DNA of 55,045 nt, counting the filler, from Stramenopiles sp. TOSAG23-2 (Eukaryota), in the NCBI GenBank assembly GCA_900128395.1. It is 3 parts of 3 records of this genome, joined end to end, with 100 filler letters (N's around TTAATTAATTAA, not from the genome) between each part and the next. Parts side by side here need not be neighbours in the genome. Positions count along the whole stretch, not along the records: positions 1 to 18,293 come from LT649610.1; 2 more parts are not named here. One strand, 5' to 3'. Position numbers and translations under genes: made by a program. Shown here in pieces: positions 1 to 11,956 of the stretch. The stretch's first letter is position 1; the number at the start of each line of letters is the position of its first letter. The notes under the pieces were generated by a model. It saw only the letters and a list, made by a program, of their open reading frames with translations. It made no database searches and was not told the DNA's origin.

Positions 1-6
1 CTTTTG

Positions 7-7
7 G

Positions 8-44
<37 letters not shown>

Positions 45-46
45 CG
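7..46. repeat. (GT)n microsatellite at contig start
   Basis: Near-perfect TG dinucleotide run visible directly. Confidence 0.9.
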
Positions 47-1072
47 TTTTCTTGTATAATACGAAATGTCTTTCTATTATTTTATCACACCAACAAGTAG
101 TACTTTTGAACTTCAATAAACTTTTACATTTTCCTGGCATTGCAACAGCAACAGCGCACCACGCACCAACAACACAGAGAGAGGATTTTGCTGGATTGCC
201 AGATTGCTGCTTTTTTTGCTTTTTCCATTCCTTCCACTAATTTAAGGAGTGCTGGAATGCCAGTGCTGTGCTTATGCTGCTTATATAAATACGGTCACCA
301 CAGCTAAAACCGTGCCGATACCCTATTTATTACACTACAATATTTTATTGTAGGGAATAGCATTTGTTCTCAGAAATTGACAGAAAATCGGCCATTACAA
401 AAAACTTTTGGGAATATAATTATCTTGAACATATAACCTCACACTTCATAGTATTGTAAATTCGCACCATTTTGAGTTACGATTACATTTCGTGGTCGCA
501 ACTCGAATAATCTAACGCCATTCGTGAATTGAGTAGTATTCATTTTTGTATTTATGTATTATTTATGTTCAATTGATCCTGCAATTGTGTCCATTATTGA
601 TGTACTACCTAAGAATGCAAACCATTGTGGTTTTTTTAATACAAGATGATGTGTCTGCATCATTCGTTCCTTTGATTTTCTTGTTGTTTCACTTTCTCCC
701 CTAACCAAAAGTTGTTCGCTCCATAATGGATAGTATGGCTTGAACTATTTGCAGCCCTACTCCTTCTTTCCAATTTGCTTTACTACCTTGTGAAGACAAT
801 TGTCTTGATATTATTATTATCTCTTTGGCTGGCCTTGTTCTACAGAAATTTTGCCAACCAAATTGGATATTTTTTTGCTAATTTGTCAAATTTCTACAAT
901 TATCAGTATAACAGTGGTATTAACAATACAAATAACCCTTCTTTATGCAAATAAATCAATTGATACTATGCCCTGAGAATGTATATGTATATAGTTGTTG
1001 TAACTGTGTTGAAAAATAAATTGAAGGGACAAAATTAGAACAAAATTTGCCTAATGATAGAGACTGAACAAT

Positions 1073-1491
1073 GTGAAGCATTTTTTCATACAACAAATCA
1101 ACTGTCTGATGCAGGAAATTGCAAGAAGGGAGCTAGTTGCTGTTGGATTAAACCAACATATAATACAAGTAGATTATAGACTGGCTTCAACGCCGTTTAG
1201 CCAAGGTTTTACAGGTATTGAATGTGTAGGTAATATTGGATACTACAATATGCATTTAAAAAATTGCATAAATGAAGTTATGGGGGGATAGAGATCCCAA
1301 TTGTGCAGGATAATAATCACTCCATGGGTTGTGATTTTCCTGTTTCTATGATAGCGATTCTGTTCAAAAAAAATTATTATTTCCTTACAAGGGATATAAT
1401 ATTTTTAAAAACATCAGATGTCAGAAAATCTTTAAGATCAAATCGGGATCTGTTAAAGAACATTGATAAAAACACTGTTGTCAAAAGGTAA
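1073..1491 (+). pseudogene. Possible degraded ORF remnant of unknown family
   Basis: Two consecutive short ORFs (72 and 62 aa) join through a one-base shift at a G6 run (NEVMGG|IEIPIVQDNNH); no family recognised. Confidence 0.2.
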
Positions 1492-1893
1492 CTTTTTGAA
1501 CTTCTCAATTTTGCACCTCCGACGTTTGTTGTGTACCTGCTATTTCTCCCATGCTATGTACCTGGAAAATAATGGAAAATAATAATGTTTGTTCTCCTAC
1601 TTAAAATATGTAGTAATACATTGCATGATTTCGCTATCAAAATCGTACATCCTTAAATTTTGCTGCCTTGGCTATTGAGCGGTGTGTATGCCAGATGTCG
1701 ATGATGGCAAAAAAGTCGGTATCTTTTTGATATTTTTACTATTGAAATACAAAAATATTAAATTTGAATATAGAAAACAGAGAGAATATAAACATGTTAC
1801 TCACAAATTGTTTGTATAATTAATTCTCGAAATCAACAAATCAAAAAGAATTACGCTAGATTATTGACAAAAAGCGAAATAAAGATAATAATA

Positions 1894-2949
1894 ATGCATA
1901 TACTTGGCGCGGGTGCACTTGGTACTGTTTTTGCCAATCGATTAATAAAAGCTGGAATTAATACAACATTAATATTACGTCCAACAACGGTGTTTAATCA
2001 AAATGTACAAATATGTAAAGAAAGTAAAACAATTGAAATTCAAGTGGAAAATTTGTTATATAAAGACTTTCCAAATGTCGAAAAAATAGAAAAGTCTCGT
2101 GCAAATTTTGTAAACATGGACGAATTAGAGAACGAATCAAGCAATCATCAAATATCGAAATTAATGGTATTGACAAAAGCTCATCAAGCAAAAATAGCTT
2201 TGGAAAATATTTCCTCTCGTTTATCAAATAATGCAATGGTTTTATTGCTTTGTAATGGTGGTTTAGCACTTTATGAAGAGTTGAAGAAATCGGAAAAATT
2301 ATCGCATGTCTGTCTTGTGCCTGGTCTTACAACGCATGCAGCATTTCGCCGTCCCAGTGCTTTAAATCCTCTTTGCGCAGTGAATGCTGGTAAAGGAGAT
2401 AACTGGTTTGGATTAATTGAAGATGACAAAATAATAAATAATACTATGAAAGAAGAATATGAAAATATCTTAAATGATTTAAATAAAGCTGATTTAGGTG
2501 GGATTGATGAAACTAAAAACTCTGCTATAATTCGTATGTTATGGATAAAACTTGGTGTAAATTGCGTGATGAATCCACATACTGCACTATTGAAATGTAC
2601 AAATGGCCAATATATCAATCAAAAGGCAAGTTTAATAACCATGGAAAACGTATGTAAAGAAGTTGCACGAATATCTAAGTATGATAAATTTTGTCAACCT
2701 CCTCTTGATGCAGATGAATTAGTCTCTTTTGTAATCGACAAAGTTAATCGTAGCAATAAATCTTCCATGCTACAAGATGTATGTAATAATAATTTAACAG
2801 AGATTGATTATTTAAATTCATGGGTATCAAAACGCAGTGTTGAGGAAGGATTTGATGCTATTACAAATGATACGTTAGGAAATTTAATTAAGATCTGTGA
2901 GGAACAATATGAAATTGGTATAGAAGAGAGATTGTTTCACATAAAATAA
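1894..2949 (+). CDS. panE: 2-dehydropantoate 2-reductase (ketopantoate reductase, ApbA/PanE family)
   Basis: N-terminal GAGALG Rossmann motif, LTKAHQ, LLCNG, WIKLGVNCVMNP, SSMLQD, TEIDYLN; first ATG at 1894. Confidence 0.9.
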   Translation: MHILGAGALGTVFANRLIKAGINTTLILRPTTVFNQNVQICKESKTIEIQVENLLYKDFPNVEKIEKSRANFVNMDELENESSNHQISKLMVLTKAHQAKIALENISSRLSNNAMVLLLCNGGLALYEELKKSEKLSHVCLVPGLTTHAAFRRPSALNPLCAVNAGKGDNWFGLIEDDKIINNTMKEEYENILNDLNKADLGGIDETKNSAIIRMLWIKLGVNCVMNPHTALLKCTNGQYINQKASLITMENVCKEVARISKYDKFCQPPLDADELVSFVIDKVNRSNKSSMLQDVCNNNLTEIDYLNSWVSKRSVEEGFDAITNDTLGNLIKICEEQYEIGIEERLFHIK

Positions 2950-3302
2950 ATTTTAGACAAAAATTCTGTATAAAACTATAATTACATACGTGCATACACC
3001 ACACTATTACTATTATTTACCATTACATCGCGCATATTTTCCATCAAATTTCATCGTTTTCAACATTTTTAATGGAAGAATGGCGATCTAGCTAGCATTC
3101 TTTATACTTGTTACAATAGGATAGAACAAACGAGAGTAGCATTATAAAAAAAACTCTCTTTTTAACTTTTTTTGCCTTTCGCACTAGCACTTTTGGTTAA
3201 TCATTTATTTATTATATATTAAAATTGAAAAAGAAACTACTGATGCCGCTCTAACTATCTCCCCCTCTCTATGTGTCAGATATATACACGAACAACAACG
3301 AA

Positions 3303-4493
3303 ATGGCGAAAGTTAATGGAAGGAAAGGGTTCAAATTCAACATTTCACTGTCCGCAAGAAATTTTATTTTATTGGTACTTTGTTGCCAAAATGCTGGGTT
3401 TACATTATTACGTTCGTATTCACAATCTGTGTTAAAGGAGGAATACAATTATAGCTCAATATTATTGGTTGGTGAGTTCATTAAACTAATTGTATCTTCA
3501 TATATGACTGGGTGGGGTATGGGTAAAAACGATGATACAGATATAAAGCATATGTCTGGTGTATCAAAGCTAATATGGCTGGCAAAAAATTCACAGAAGA
3601 TGTTAATGTTAGCAGGAATTTATGGTGTGATGAATCTTATTAGCTTTGTTAGTTTAGCACGTATAGACGCTGTGGAGTTTACAGTAGCTTCTCAATTGAA
3701 AATTTTAGCAACAGCATGTTTTTTTGTTGTATTGTTTAAACGTTCATTATCTGATACAAAATGGCGTGCGTTGATATTATTAGTTTGTGGTACGATACTA
3801 GTATCTAATCCAGATGGTAACATGAACAATAAAACGGCAGGCGACGGTGCGAATGGTAGTGATGGCTTTGGCTCTAAGTTAATTGGTTACATTGCAGTTT
3901 TAACCCAAGTAGCATTATCAGGATTTGCAGCAGTATATTTTGAGAAAGTTATTAAATCTAGTACAGAAAAGTTATCTATTTGGGATCGTAATGTACAATT
4001 AGCTGGCGCATCAATAGCATTTTATTTTGCTACATTTTTATGGGAAGCTATACGATCTGATCCAAACAAAGATGGTATTGAAAACAAGGATTCTGGTGGC
4101 GGCGGCGGCGGCTTTTTTAAAGGATGGAGTTTTATAACTTTTCTTCTAGCATGTTTAAGTGCTGGTGGTGGTATATTAGTTGCATTGACGTTTAAATATG
4201 CAGATGCCATTTTAAAAACATTAGCAGTTTCCCTTGCCATTGTTATTACTACATTTATTAGTTGGGCATTATTAGGTAGTAAATTAAATATTACCATTAT
4301 TATTGGAGCTATTTCAGCTATTTTAGGTGTATTAAATTATAATTATGATGCAACACCGAAGAACAATAAAGTTGTTGTTACGACGAAAGAAGAAAGTAGT
4401 AGCCCAATTAGGAATAATCAAGCAACTGTTATTGCTAATGATAATAATAATATTAATTCTTCAAATCAGAGAAAAAAATTACAAAGTGTATAA
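3303..4493 (+). CDS. Nucleotide-sugar transporter (SLC35A / UDP-galactose or CMP-sialic acid type)
   Basis: Multiple TM segments; GEFIKL, QLKILATA, SGFAAVYFEKVIK, SIWDRNVQL, GGILVA..KYADAILK motifs; first ATG at 3303. Confidence 0.9.
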   Translation: MAKVNGRKGFKFNISLSARNFILLVLCCQNAGFTLLRSYSQSVLKEEYNYSSILLVGEFIKLIVSSYMTGWGMGKNDDTDIKHMSGVSKLIWLAKNSQKMLMLAGIYGVMNLISFVSLARIDAVEFTVASQLKILATACFFVVLFKRSLSDTKWRALILLVCGTILVSNPDGNMNNKTAGDGANGSDGFGSKLIGYIAVLTQVALSGFAAVYFEKVIKSSTEKLSIWDRNVQLAGASIAFYFATFLWEAIRSDPNKDGIENKDSGGGGGGFFKGWSFITFLLACLSAGGGILVALTFKYADAILKTLAVSLAIVITTFISWALLGSKLNITIIIGAISAILGVLNYNYDATPKNNKVVVTTKEESSSPIRNNQATVIANDNNNINSSNQRKKLQSV

Positions 4494-4783
4494 GCCACAT
4501 GCAAATATAGAGAAACTAGAGTGTTGTGTGAAAAATATTTTGTTTCTTTCACACTTCTTACTAATTATAGAAAATTTTTTTGTTATAAACTTATCTTGAA
4601 AAAATAATGAATATATATTATATTATAAATTACTACCGTATATTATGGGCGTTACACACACACATTTGTTGTGATAACAAAATACTAATATCTCAATGTA
4701 CATACAACACCTATGATATAATATGATATCTATCATATGATATGATAACATACGATAGTAACCTTGGATATTTTATATATATA

Positions 4784-5221
4784 TTAATAATTTGGATGTA
4801 TTTTATTCTTTGCACGTGCATCTTTTTGCATCAAGCTTCTGTCAAATATATCTGCCATTCCACAAACTACAGCACCTGCAGCTGCAGTGCCAAAACCAAA
4901 ACGTAAACTTTGTGCTGGAATACCTAATATAGAACCAGCAATTGCACCACCAATAGCACCAGAAACAACACCTTTACCACCTGTCATTTCTTCAGCAAAA
5001 CAACTTCCCATACCATGTGCTGCACCGACAGCACCAAACAAACCACCATATCGTCCTAATAAACCACCTGTACGAGCTAACGTTTGTGCTCGTGACATCT
5101 GTACAGCTGGAGCTTGCTGCCATGCAGAAATACAACTACCATATATACCACCTAAAACTGCACCAGAGAAACCACCTAATGCCATACGTGTAAAACAACC
5201 TTGTTCAGTAACATCTGGCAT
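4784..5221 (-). CDS. Tim17/Tim22/Tim23 (PRAT) family membrane protein
   Basis: 145 aa with Gly/Ala-rich GxxxG TM helices; C...G.FSGAVLGG and SGAIGGAIAG patterns. Confidence 0.75.
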   Translation of the reverse strand: MPDVTEQGCFTRMALGGFSGAVLGGIYGSCISAWQQAPAVQMSRAQTLARTGGLLGRYGGLFGAVGAAHGMGSCFAEEMTGGKGVVSGAIGGAIAGSILGIPAQSLRFGFGTAAAGAVVCGMADIFDRSLMQKDARAKNKIHPNY

Positions 5222-5862
5222 TGTTGTTATTTATTCTGTTTTTATATGTATACGTATATTTATATATTTATTTCAATGTAATTTTATGTATATTTCTCTC
5301 TCTATATATATACTTATATATCCTATACTCTTCTTTCGACGTACCAATATTTATAGATAAGATAGATGCAAGTATATGTACAAACACAAGTTCTATCCTT
5401 ATAAAAACATTTATTTATCGCCTTCATTCATTATTATTTTTTGATGAAGAAGAAGAACGACGACGACGACGAGAAAAAATGAAAAGTGATGATTTGATAT
5501 GTACTGATTTGTATACTAATAGAATGTTACCTTCCTTATTTTGTGTAGTGTTATTTGATTGAATTTTGATAGGAGTGAATTAGAAATATTTAATTGGTGA
5601 ACATCAATATTTTTTACTTTTTTGTCTAAAATATTTTATGGCTACACATAAATACAGATCGACTGTTTATAGATATAGATATAGATATAATACTGTAAAT
5701 AAATTTTTATACGGAAAGATCAATTTAAAAAGCTAGAGATAATAGATAGTCAGTGGTATTAAAAAATATTATTGCTTGCAATTGTTAGTAGTAATATTTT
5801 ATATTCCCTCATTTTAAAAAAATTTTTTTTAGTTAAAATATTAATCTTATTTTTGTGTTATT

Positions 5863-6228
5863 ATGACACCGGAAGAATGTGCACAAGATGCATTTTGTAA
5901 TATGGAAGGTTATGCATATGCTGGATGGACTGTATTTGTTTTATGTTACATAGTAGGTTTATCTGGAATTATATATTTATGGTTGCATAGGCCGCAACGT
6001 AAAGCTGCGATTGGTAATCGACTTCCATCATTGTCAGAATCGTTAATTGAGAATGACCATAGTCCTGAACCTAGTTTAAAACAACGTAGTAGTAGTAGTG
6101 GTAGTAATAGTAGCAATAGTGGTAATTATGCAAAAGTAAATACAGATAATAATAATTCATCTTCTCTTGATGATGTTGATGATAAGCAAAATGTAAATAA
6201 GAATGATGAAGATACGATAGAGTTGTAA
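5863..6228 (+). CDS. Small single-pass membrane protein, unknown function
   Basis: ATG-initiated 121 aa ORF with one hydrophobic segment and a Ser/Asn-rich tail. Confidence 0.6.
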   Translation: MTPEECAQDAFCNMEGYAYAGWTVFVLCYIVGLSGIIYLWLHRPQRKAAIGNRLPSLSESLIENDHSPEPSLKQRSSSSGSNSSNSGNYAKVNTDNNNSSSLDDVDDKQNVNKNDEDTIEL

Positions 6229-6511
6229 AATAATTTTTATGTCAAATATATATATTATATAATACTTTAAAATATTACACGGACTTTCGTTTTTACTCTT
6301 TTTTTTCAAAATGAAAAATATACGAACCCTCTGTTTATATCAAATTACAAATATTTTATACACAACGCAAATAAATGACGTGTAAAAAAAAGCAAAATAA
6401 AAATTTTTTATTGTTTCATATATTTAGTGATGTGCAATCAACTGTAGACAACATCCCCCTTTTCCACATCAATACACATAATCATAAATGATATACACAC
6501 ACACAAACGCG

Positions 6512-7603
6512 TTACAAGGTAATTTGAAAGTTTAATTCAGATAAAAAATTCAAATCAAGCATGAAATGTGTTTGTAAACGTTCTTGATCTTGGTTTGTTA
6601 CATTTAATTTATTTTTTAAAAATGCATCAAATGAACCATATTCTTTTTCGATACAATCAAGATATTGACGAATAGTTGGACGATATGTTTCAAGTAACAA
6701 GGTTCCATTACTATTATTATTATTATTATTATTATCATCATTTTCACTAGATGACGATGCTGGTTTATCAAAAAAATTGTTAATAATATCTTCTTTTGAT
6801 AATCCTAATAGTAAATAAAAAAAAATTTGAAACCAACCTACTAATTTATTTGAACCATGACCATAAAGTGGAGAATCATTACTACTTAATGATAAAGGAT
6901 AATTTAATTCATCGACCATATATGGAAGTACTTCAATATACCTTTTAGATATAAATTCTACTAAACCTGCGATTGTTGAAGTATTCATGATAGTCTCTTG
7001 ATCATTTAAATTAATAATAAATGTTTTTTGTTTTTTTAATGTTGATATTGTATCTTTACGATCTGTATCATCATGATAACTGAAATGTAGATTACAACGT
7101 ATATTCAATGAATTTAAAAATGATTTTTGTTGCTGATCTTGTATGACATTTTCATCCAATTGACTATGTGTATATATAATTCCTAATTTAATTCGCTTAC
7201 GTAATGGTACATCATTTTTTAAAACATATCCACCAGTATCAACTAAATTTATTAATTCATTGTATTCTGGCCATTTCGTATTGGAAAAAACATCACCAGC
7301 TGTTGAATAGTAATTTCTCGATCTAGGATCAAATAAAACTAAATATAAACGTTTAGTTGGAAATGGATCTGGTGATAAAACAACATTTGGCGCAGCATCT
7401 GAAAAGCCTAAAAATAACCTTTTATCGTTTTTAATTATATCCATACGATTATCTTCATAACCAAATAAACATGCCATGTTGGAATATTGATCGCTTTCCC
7501 ATATCACCAACAATTCTTTTGACGGTGTAATAAATTTTTTAACTTCACCACCATGTACTAAATCTACATTCGAAGTGATTGACGTTGGGAATACTTTGGA
7601 CAT
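6512..7603 (-). CDS. Tyrosine-phosphatase-family (Y_phosphatase3/IphP-like) protein with degenerate active site
   Basis: NLVDTGGY (cf. NFRDLGGY), LLLGLSKEDIINNF and IEKEYGSFDAFLKNKLNV..ERL motifs; no HCxxGxxR. Confidence 0.65.
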   Translation of the reverse strand: MSKVFPTSITSNVDLVHGGEVKKFITPSKELLVIWESDQYSNMACLFGYEDNRMDIIKNDKRLFLGFSDAAPNVVLSPDPFPTKRLYLVLFDPRSRNYYSTAGDVFSNTKWPEYNELINLVDTGGYVLKNDVPLRKRIKLGIIYTHSQLDENVIQDQQQKSFLNSLNIRCNLHFSYHDDTDRKDTISTLKKQKTFIINLNDQETIMNTSTIAGLVEFISKRYIEVLPYMVDELNYPLSLSSNDSPLYGHGSNKLVGWFQIFFYLLLGLSKEDIINNFFDKPASSSSENDDNNNNNNNSNGTLLLETYRPTIRQYLDCIEKEYGSFDAFLKNKLNVTNQDQERLQTHFMLDLNFLSELNFQITL

Positions 7604-8108
7604 TGTAATTTTTAGATGATTTATTTGTAATTTAGTCGGTCTTAGTCTTACCTTTTTTTATGAATTAATGTATTATTAAATTAAATGCTTATATAAAAAA
7701 AATATATCGTATTATATATTATGTATTTGTCTTTCAACTGTCGTGAATATTTATATATACCACTGAAATGTAATGGAAAAAATAGAAGAAGAAAATCAGT
7801 TACGTATATATATACGACGCAATTATATATTTTTACATATTGTTTGTACTTTTATATTTTATATCTTTTATGGAGAGGTCATTGTATTTATAATAATACA
7901 GTGTATATTGTAGGCTATAAAAAGGCTTGCTGGGCTTGCTAAGGAGTTAGAGGTAATATACAAGAAGAAGGAATTGAAAAAAAATCTCTAAAGAGAAGAT
8001 TGTTACTCATTTCCATTCCTAATACTTCGTATTAAAATACATAAAAAATCGTCAAAACATTACTTCTATACATTCTCCCTGCTGTTTATATATTATATTA
8101 TATATATT

Positions 8109-9077
8109 TTACAATTTACTACCTCTAACTATCTCGCCAAACAGTTCATTTGCATGGAATCCAACCCTTCGCTCCTCTGGTACTTTATCAATTGGGATCA
8201 TATTGATTGAATTTGGCATCAGTTTTCGTTCATTAAGTTTAAAACTATCTGCGATGAAATTATAACATTGTATGAGTCGATCAGTGGTGACTGGAATATG
8301 CTGTGCATGTAATCGCACAGCATATTCATGTTTGATCCCATTATCAAACAATACACGATGTATAAATTCAGTTCCAAACATATTACCAAGTTCATCTTCC
8401 ATACCAACTTCTAACATAATTTTTAATTTACTATTTAAAATTGCCTTACGATTATCTCTTGCAAGTGTTGCTGGATTGTATTCTTCAAAATATTTAGTAT
8501 CAATTGGTGTACCATAGAAAACATCCCAATTGGGCCTAGAATACCAGCGTGGAATTGTATGATACGTAAATGCTGGAGGGATACCAGGTTCTTGTGATAC
8601 GCAAGCAATAAATTCATTCGGTGCTCTTAATGCTAATCTTAACGAGCCAAAACCACCCATAGATGCTCCAGTAACGGCAACTCGTTTAAAATCTAAATTT
8701 AATATTCCTTTAAATTCATTTTTTATTTCGTCTCTAAAAGAACCTTTTTCACTAACTGTCAGAAATGTTGTCCATAATTCACTTTTATCATAATAATCCA
8801 TATAATACGTATCTGTTGCCGTAGGAGTTACAATTAAACATGGCTGCAAGGTTTTTTCTATCCAACATCTTTCAAAAAAAGTTTGTAAATCTTTTAATGC
8901 TGTATTATCTTTTCCACCACCATGTAAATAAAATATAATTGGCAATAACGTTTGTGTATTATTAACATTCTTTGGATACAATGCTGAATATGTTATATCT
9001 TTTCCTTGAATATATGGCGATGTAAATGTTTTCACACGGTATATTGATGAGGAGGATGCGTAAGATGATGATGTCAT
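8109..9077 (-). CDS. Alpha/beta-hydrolase esterase (S-formylglutathione hydrolase / putative esterase family) with PTS1
   Basis: LPIIFYLHGGG, GASMGG nucleophile elbow, Asp (GMEDE) and His (AQH) candidates, C-terminal SKL. Confidence 0.85.
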   Translation of the reverse strand: MTSSSYASSSSIYRVKTFTSPYIQGKDITYSALYPKNVNNTQTLLPIIFYLHGGGKDNTALKDLQTFFERCWIEKTLQPCLIVTPTATDTYYMDYYDKSELWTTFLTVSEKGSFRDEIKNEFKGILNLDFKRVAVTGASMGGFGSLRLALRAPNEFIACVSQEPGIPPAFTYHTIPRWYSRPNWDVFYGTPIDTKYFEEYNPATLARDNRKAILNSKLKIMLEVGMEDELGNMFGTEFIHRVLFDNGIKHEYAVRLHAQHIPVTTDRLIQCYNFIADSFKLNERKLMPNSINMIPIDKVPEERRVGFHANELFGEIVRGSKL

Positions 9078-9465
9078 GATTGTAAATATGCAGTAGATAT
9101 ATATCTGAAAATGGTATAAGCTAGCAAGTTACTTTGTATCCCACGTATCCTTGTATTAAGAAATACTACTCTTTATACCAAAAATCTGCATGATGTTGGC
9201 CACAGTTGGGCACTTGGCTGTGTGGGTTGGATTATATTGGGAAATGAGACATTGAAAATGTACAGAACAATTTGCTTCTACAATGGACACAGCAGGGATT
9301 AAAAAATGTGCAAGAAAAGTCTAAAAAATCACCACCACGTACCGCGCGCGTGGCAATTAAATTCATTAAAATACAACTATACCAGTATATTAAATATAAT
9401 GTATTTCTTAGAAATTATTACATGATTTTTATTTTATATATATTACATATTTCTTTCTTTCTTTT

Positions 9466-10044
9466 TTACATTTCTTTACCTCTTCTATAACTAATATAGC
9501 TTGTCCATAATAAAGAATAAACACCAACAAATGGTACACGATAATGAAAAGGCATAAAGGCAAAATTAATTAAATAAGCAGGTACTCCAGCTTTCCATAA
9601 GGCTGGCATGTCAGTTGTAAAATTTCGTTGATATGCATTAAATGCATCATTGGCTGTTCCACCTTGTATTTGTATTTTTGTTTGATAAAAGAATGGAAAA
9701 TAAAAAAATGGTTCCCATATTAACATATCAAGAGATACTTGTTTCAATACATCTCGTTGTCCATTGAAATCTTTTAATTTATCTCGAAATGGTTTAGCTG
9801 CAAATTTTTCAGCACGTGGAAACATGCTTCCAAATACTTTTACATAAACACCATATTGCGCTGCACCTAAAAACCATGCTCCAAAGACCCAAAAAGCTAA
9901 ATTCCGCTTCCAATCAAATTCATCTTCCTTTTCAATATACGTTTGCACTAAATAATCTGCTAATCCTGTTTTAAATGATGTAAATGAGACAGAAAAAAAT
10001 AATGGATGTTTCTTTGGAAATTCAATAATTTTTAATTTGTTCAT
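9466..10044 (-). CDS. Mpv17/PMP22 family membrane protein
   Basis: KHPL..S....K..LADYLVQ, FDWKRNLAF, LINFAFMPFHYRVPFV....LLWTSYIS. Confidence 0.9.
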   Translation of the reverse strand: MNKLKIIEFPKKHPLFFSVSFTSFKTGLADYLVQTYIEKEDEFDWKRNLAFWVFGAWFLGAAQYGVYVKVFGSMFPRAEKFAAKPFRDKLKDFNGQRDVLKQVSLDMLIWEPFFYFPFFYQTKIQIQGGTANDAFNAYQRNFTTDMPALWKAGVPAYLINFAFMPFHYRVPFVGVYSLLWTSYISYRRGKEM

Positions 10045-10615
10045 TTTTTTGTTTTCAATTTATATATATATATATATATATATATTTATCAAGCTAGCTA
10101 TATACACAATTTATGATTGATTATACGATTAATACATCATAGTGTTTTACCTGTTTTTCTCTTATTATTACTATTATTATTATTATTACAAAAATGATGA
10201 TGTTGCTGCAAGATATATATATATATGTTGATGAATATGTATAAGTTGTGTTCTATACACAATGTTCACACATCGTATATATATAATATAATAACTGTGG
10301 TGTATTAATATATTTTTAACACATTTTCCTTTTTTTTTTAAGGAAATGTTAATATTATTTTCAAATTTCACTGACTCTAATGCTATTCTTATACTATCAT
10401 TTATTTTACATTCCTCAAAATCAAAGAGCTAGAAAAAACAAAACCGTTATTACTTCACGTTTTACAAAAAGTAAAACATGTTCCATCCACACATCTATAC
10501 TACATCCACACATACAAGAATAAACTGCCAATCAATACAAACACGTTGAAACCATATTCATAAAAACAAGAAACAACCAAAATAACAAAAAAATTAATTA
10601 TATTACTAATATAAA

Positions 10616-11956
10616 ATGTATCGTGGTCAAGTTCTTGTACCTGGAACAACAATAAGGCATGGAAATGGTGAATATACATATTCAAATAAATGTTTTAAAT
10701 ATGAAGGGCAATATGAAAATGGTATGAAACATGGTAAAGGAATCATGCATTTACCAAATGGATCCTCGTATGAAGGAGATTTTAAGAATGGGGAAATGAC
10801 TGGAACAGGTTTAAGACGTTGGGCAGATGGTACCACATATTCTGGATCTTTTAAAATGGGTGAAATGAATGGACAAGGGATTTGGATTAGTCCATCTGGT
10901 GATCAATACGATGGTGAATTTGTTGATAATAAAAGACATGGTGAAGGTGAATTAACGTTATCAGCAAAAGGTACAGTTTATCAAGGTACATTTGTGAATC
11001 ATAAATACCATGGCAATGGTATCATCGTATTTGACGATAATACATACAGTAGTAAAAAAGATAATTTCAATTCAAATCCAGAACAAGGCATTAAGCAATT
11101 CGAAGGTAATTTTAACAAGAATGAAATTGATGGAAATGGAAAAATGATTTACAAAGATAATTCCCAATACGTAGGAAAATGGGTGAACGGACGTAGGGAA
11201 GGTCCAAGTGAATTTGTTGGCAAGGAAGGTAGTCGATTTCAATACAAAGGTAATTATGAAAATGGTATTCCAACAGAAACAGCATCAAAAATGAAATTAA
11301 TTGATATCTCAGATGAATGGTCCCCACCAGATGAAGAAGAATTGAAAGAATTACCATCGAATGAGAAATGGAGATCTGAATGTGCAATAGAAATGCCACG
11401 ACAAGACGAAGAGGAATCAGACGACGACGAAGATGATAATGAAAAGAAACCGAAAGCGGAATATATGCCTGCATTTATCATACCAGATAAAATAAAAGTA
11501 CAAATTGTAGACGAAGAGAGCGGAGAATGCGCTAAATCAGAAAGTGGCCGTAAAGTTTCCCTATCCATACATCCAATTGTTGATAATGATGATGATGAAA
11601 AAGGCGAAAAAACGTATGATGATAAAATAGCAATAAACGAACCTATTTCTTTTTATTTAAAAGAACAAGTAAAGAAAAATAAATTCAAATATACAGAAAA
11701 GAAATCTATTATTGGTTTCGTAAATGAAAAAAATACAATTACATTTAACGGTTTATCAATGCCACAAGAATGTGATGATGGTGAATATGTTATTGTTGTA
11801 ACAGATATTGATAATCAAATCAATTTTAATGATGATCTTGATATTTATCAATCCTTGCCAGTTTTTCATGCAGTTCATTTATATGCCGGTGTTAGTAATC
11901 CAAAGGCAAAGAAAGGTGGTGGTGGGAAAGGAAAAAAAAAGAAGAAGAAGAAGTGA
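10616..11956 (+). CDS. MORN repeat-containing protein (MORN1-like)
   Basis: About 8 YxGxFxxGxxxGxG repeats in the N-terminal half; Lys-rich C-terminus. Confidence 0.85.
   Translation: MYRGQVLVPGTTIRHGNGEYTYSNKCFKYEGQYENGMKHGKGIMHLPNGSSYEGDFKNGEMTGTGLRRWADGTTYSGSFKMGEMNGQGIWISPSGDQYDGEFVDNKRHGEGELTLSAKGTVYQGTFVNHKYHGNGIIVFDDNTYSSKKDNFNSNPEQGIKQFEGNFNKNEIDGNGKMIYKDNSQYVGKWVNGRREGPSEFVGKEGSRFQYKGNYENGIPTETASKMKLIDISDEWSPPDEEELKELPSNEKWRSECAIEMPRQDEEESDDDEDDNEKKPKAEYMPAFIIPDKIKVQIVDEESGECAKSESGRKVSLSIHPIVDNDDDEKGEKTYDDKIAINEPISFYLKEQVKKNKFKYTEKKSIIGFVNEKNTITFNGLSMPQECDDGEYVIVVTDIDNQINFNDDLDIYQSLPVFHAVHLYAGVSNPKAKKGGGGKGKKKKKKK

Noticed and set aside
4-240. 78-aa ORF with VC repeats
   Set aside because: Translation of a GT microsatellite
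555-830. Coding-like minus-strand sequence
   Set aside because: Broken by stops and shifts, with no identifiable family
4887-5562. Plus-strand ORFs of 157 and 113 aa
   Set aside because: Antisense to the Tim17-family gene or made of AT-rich low-complexity spacer
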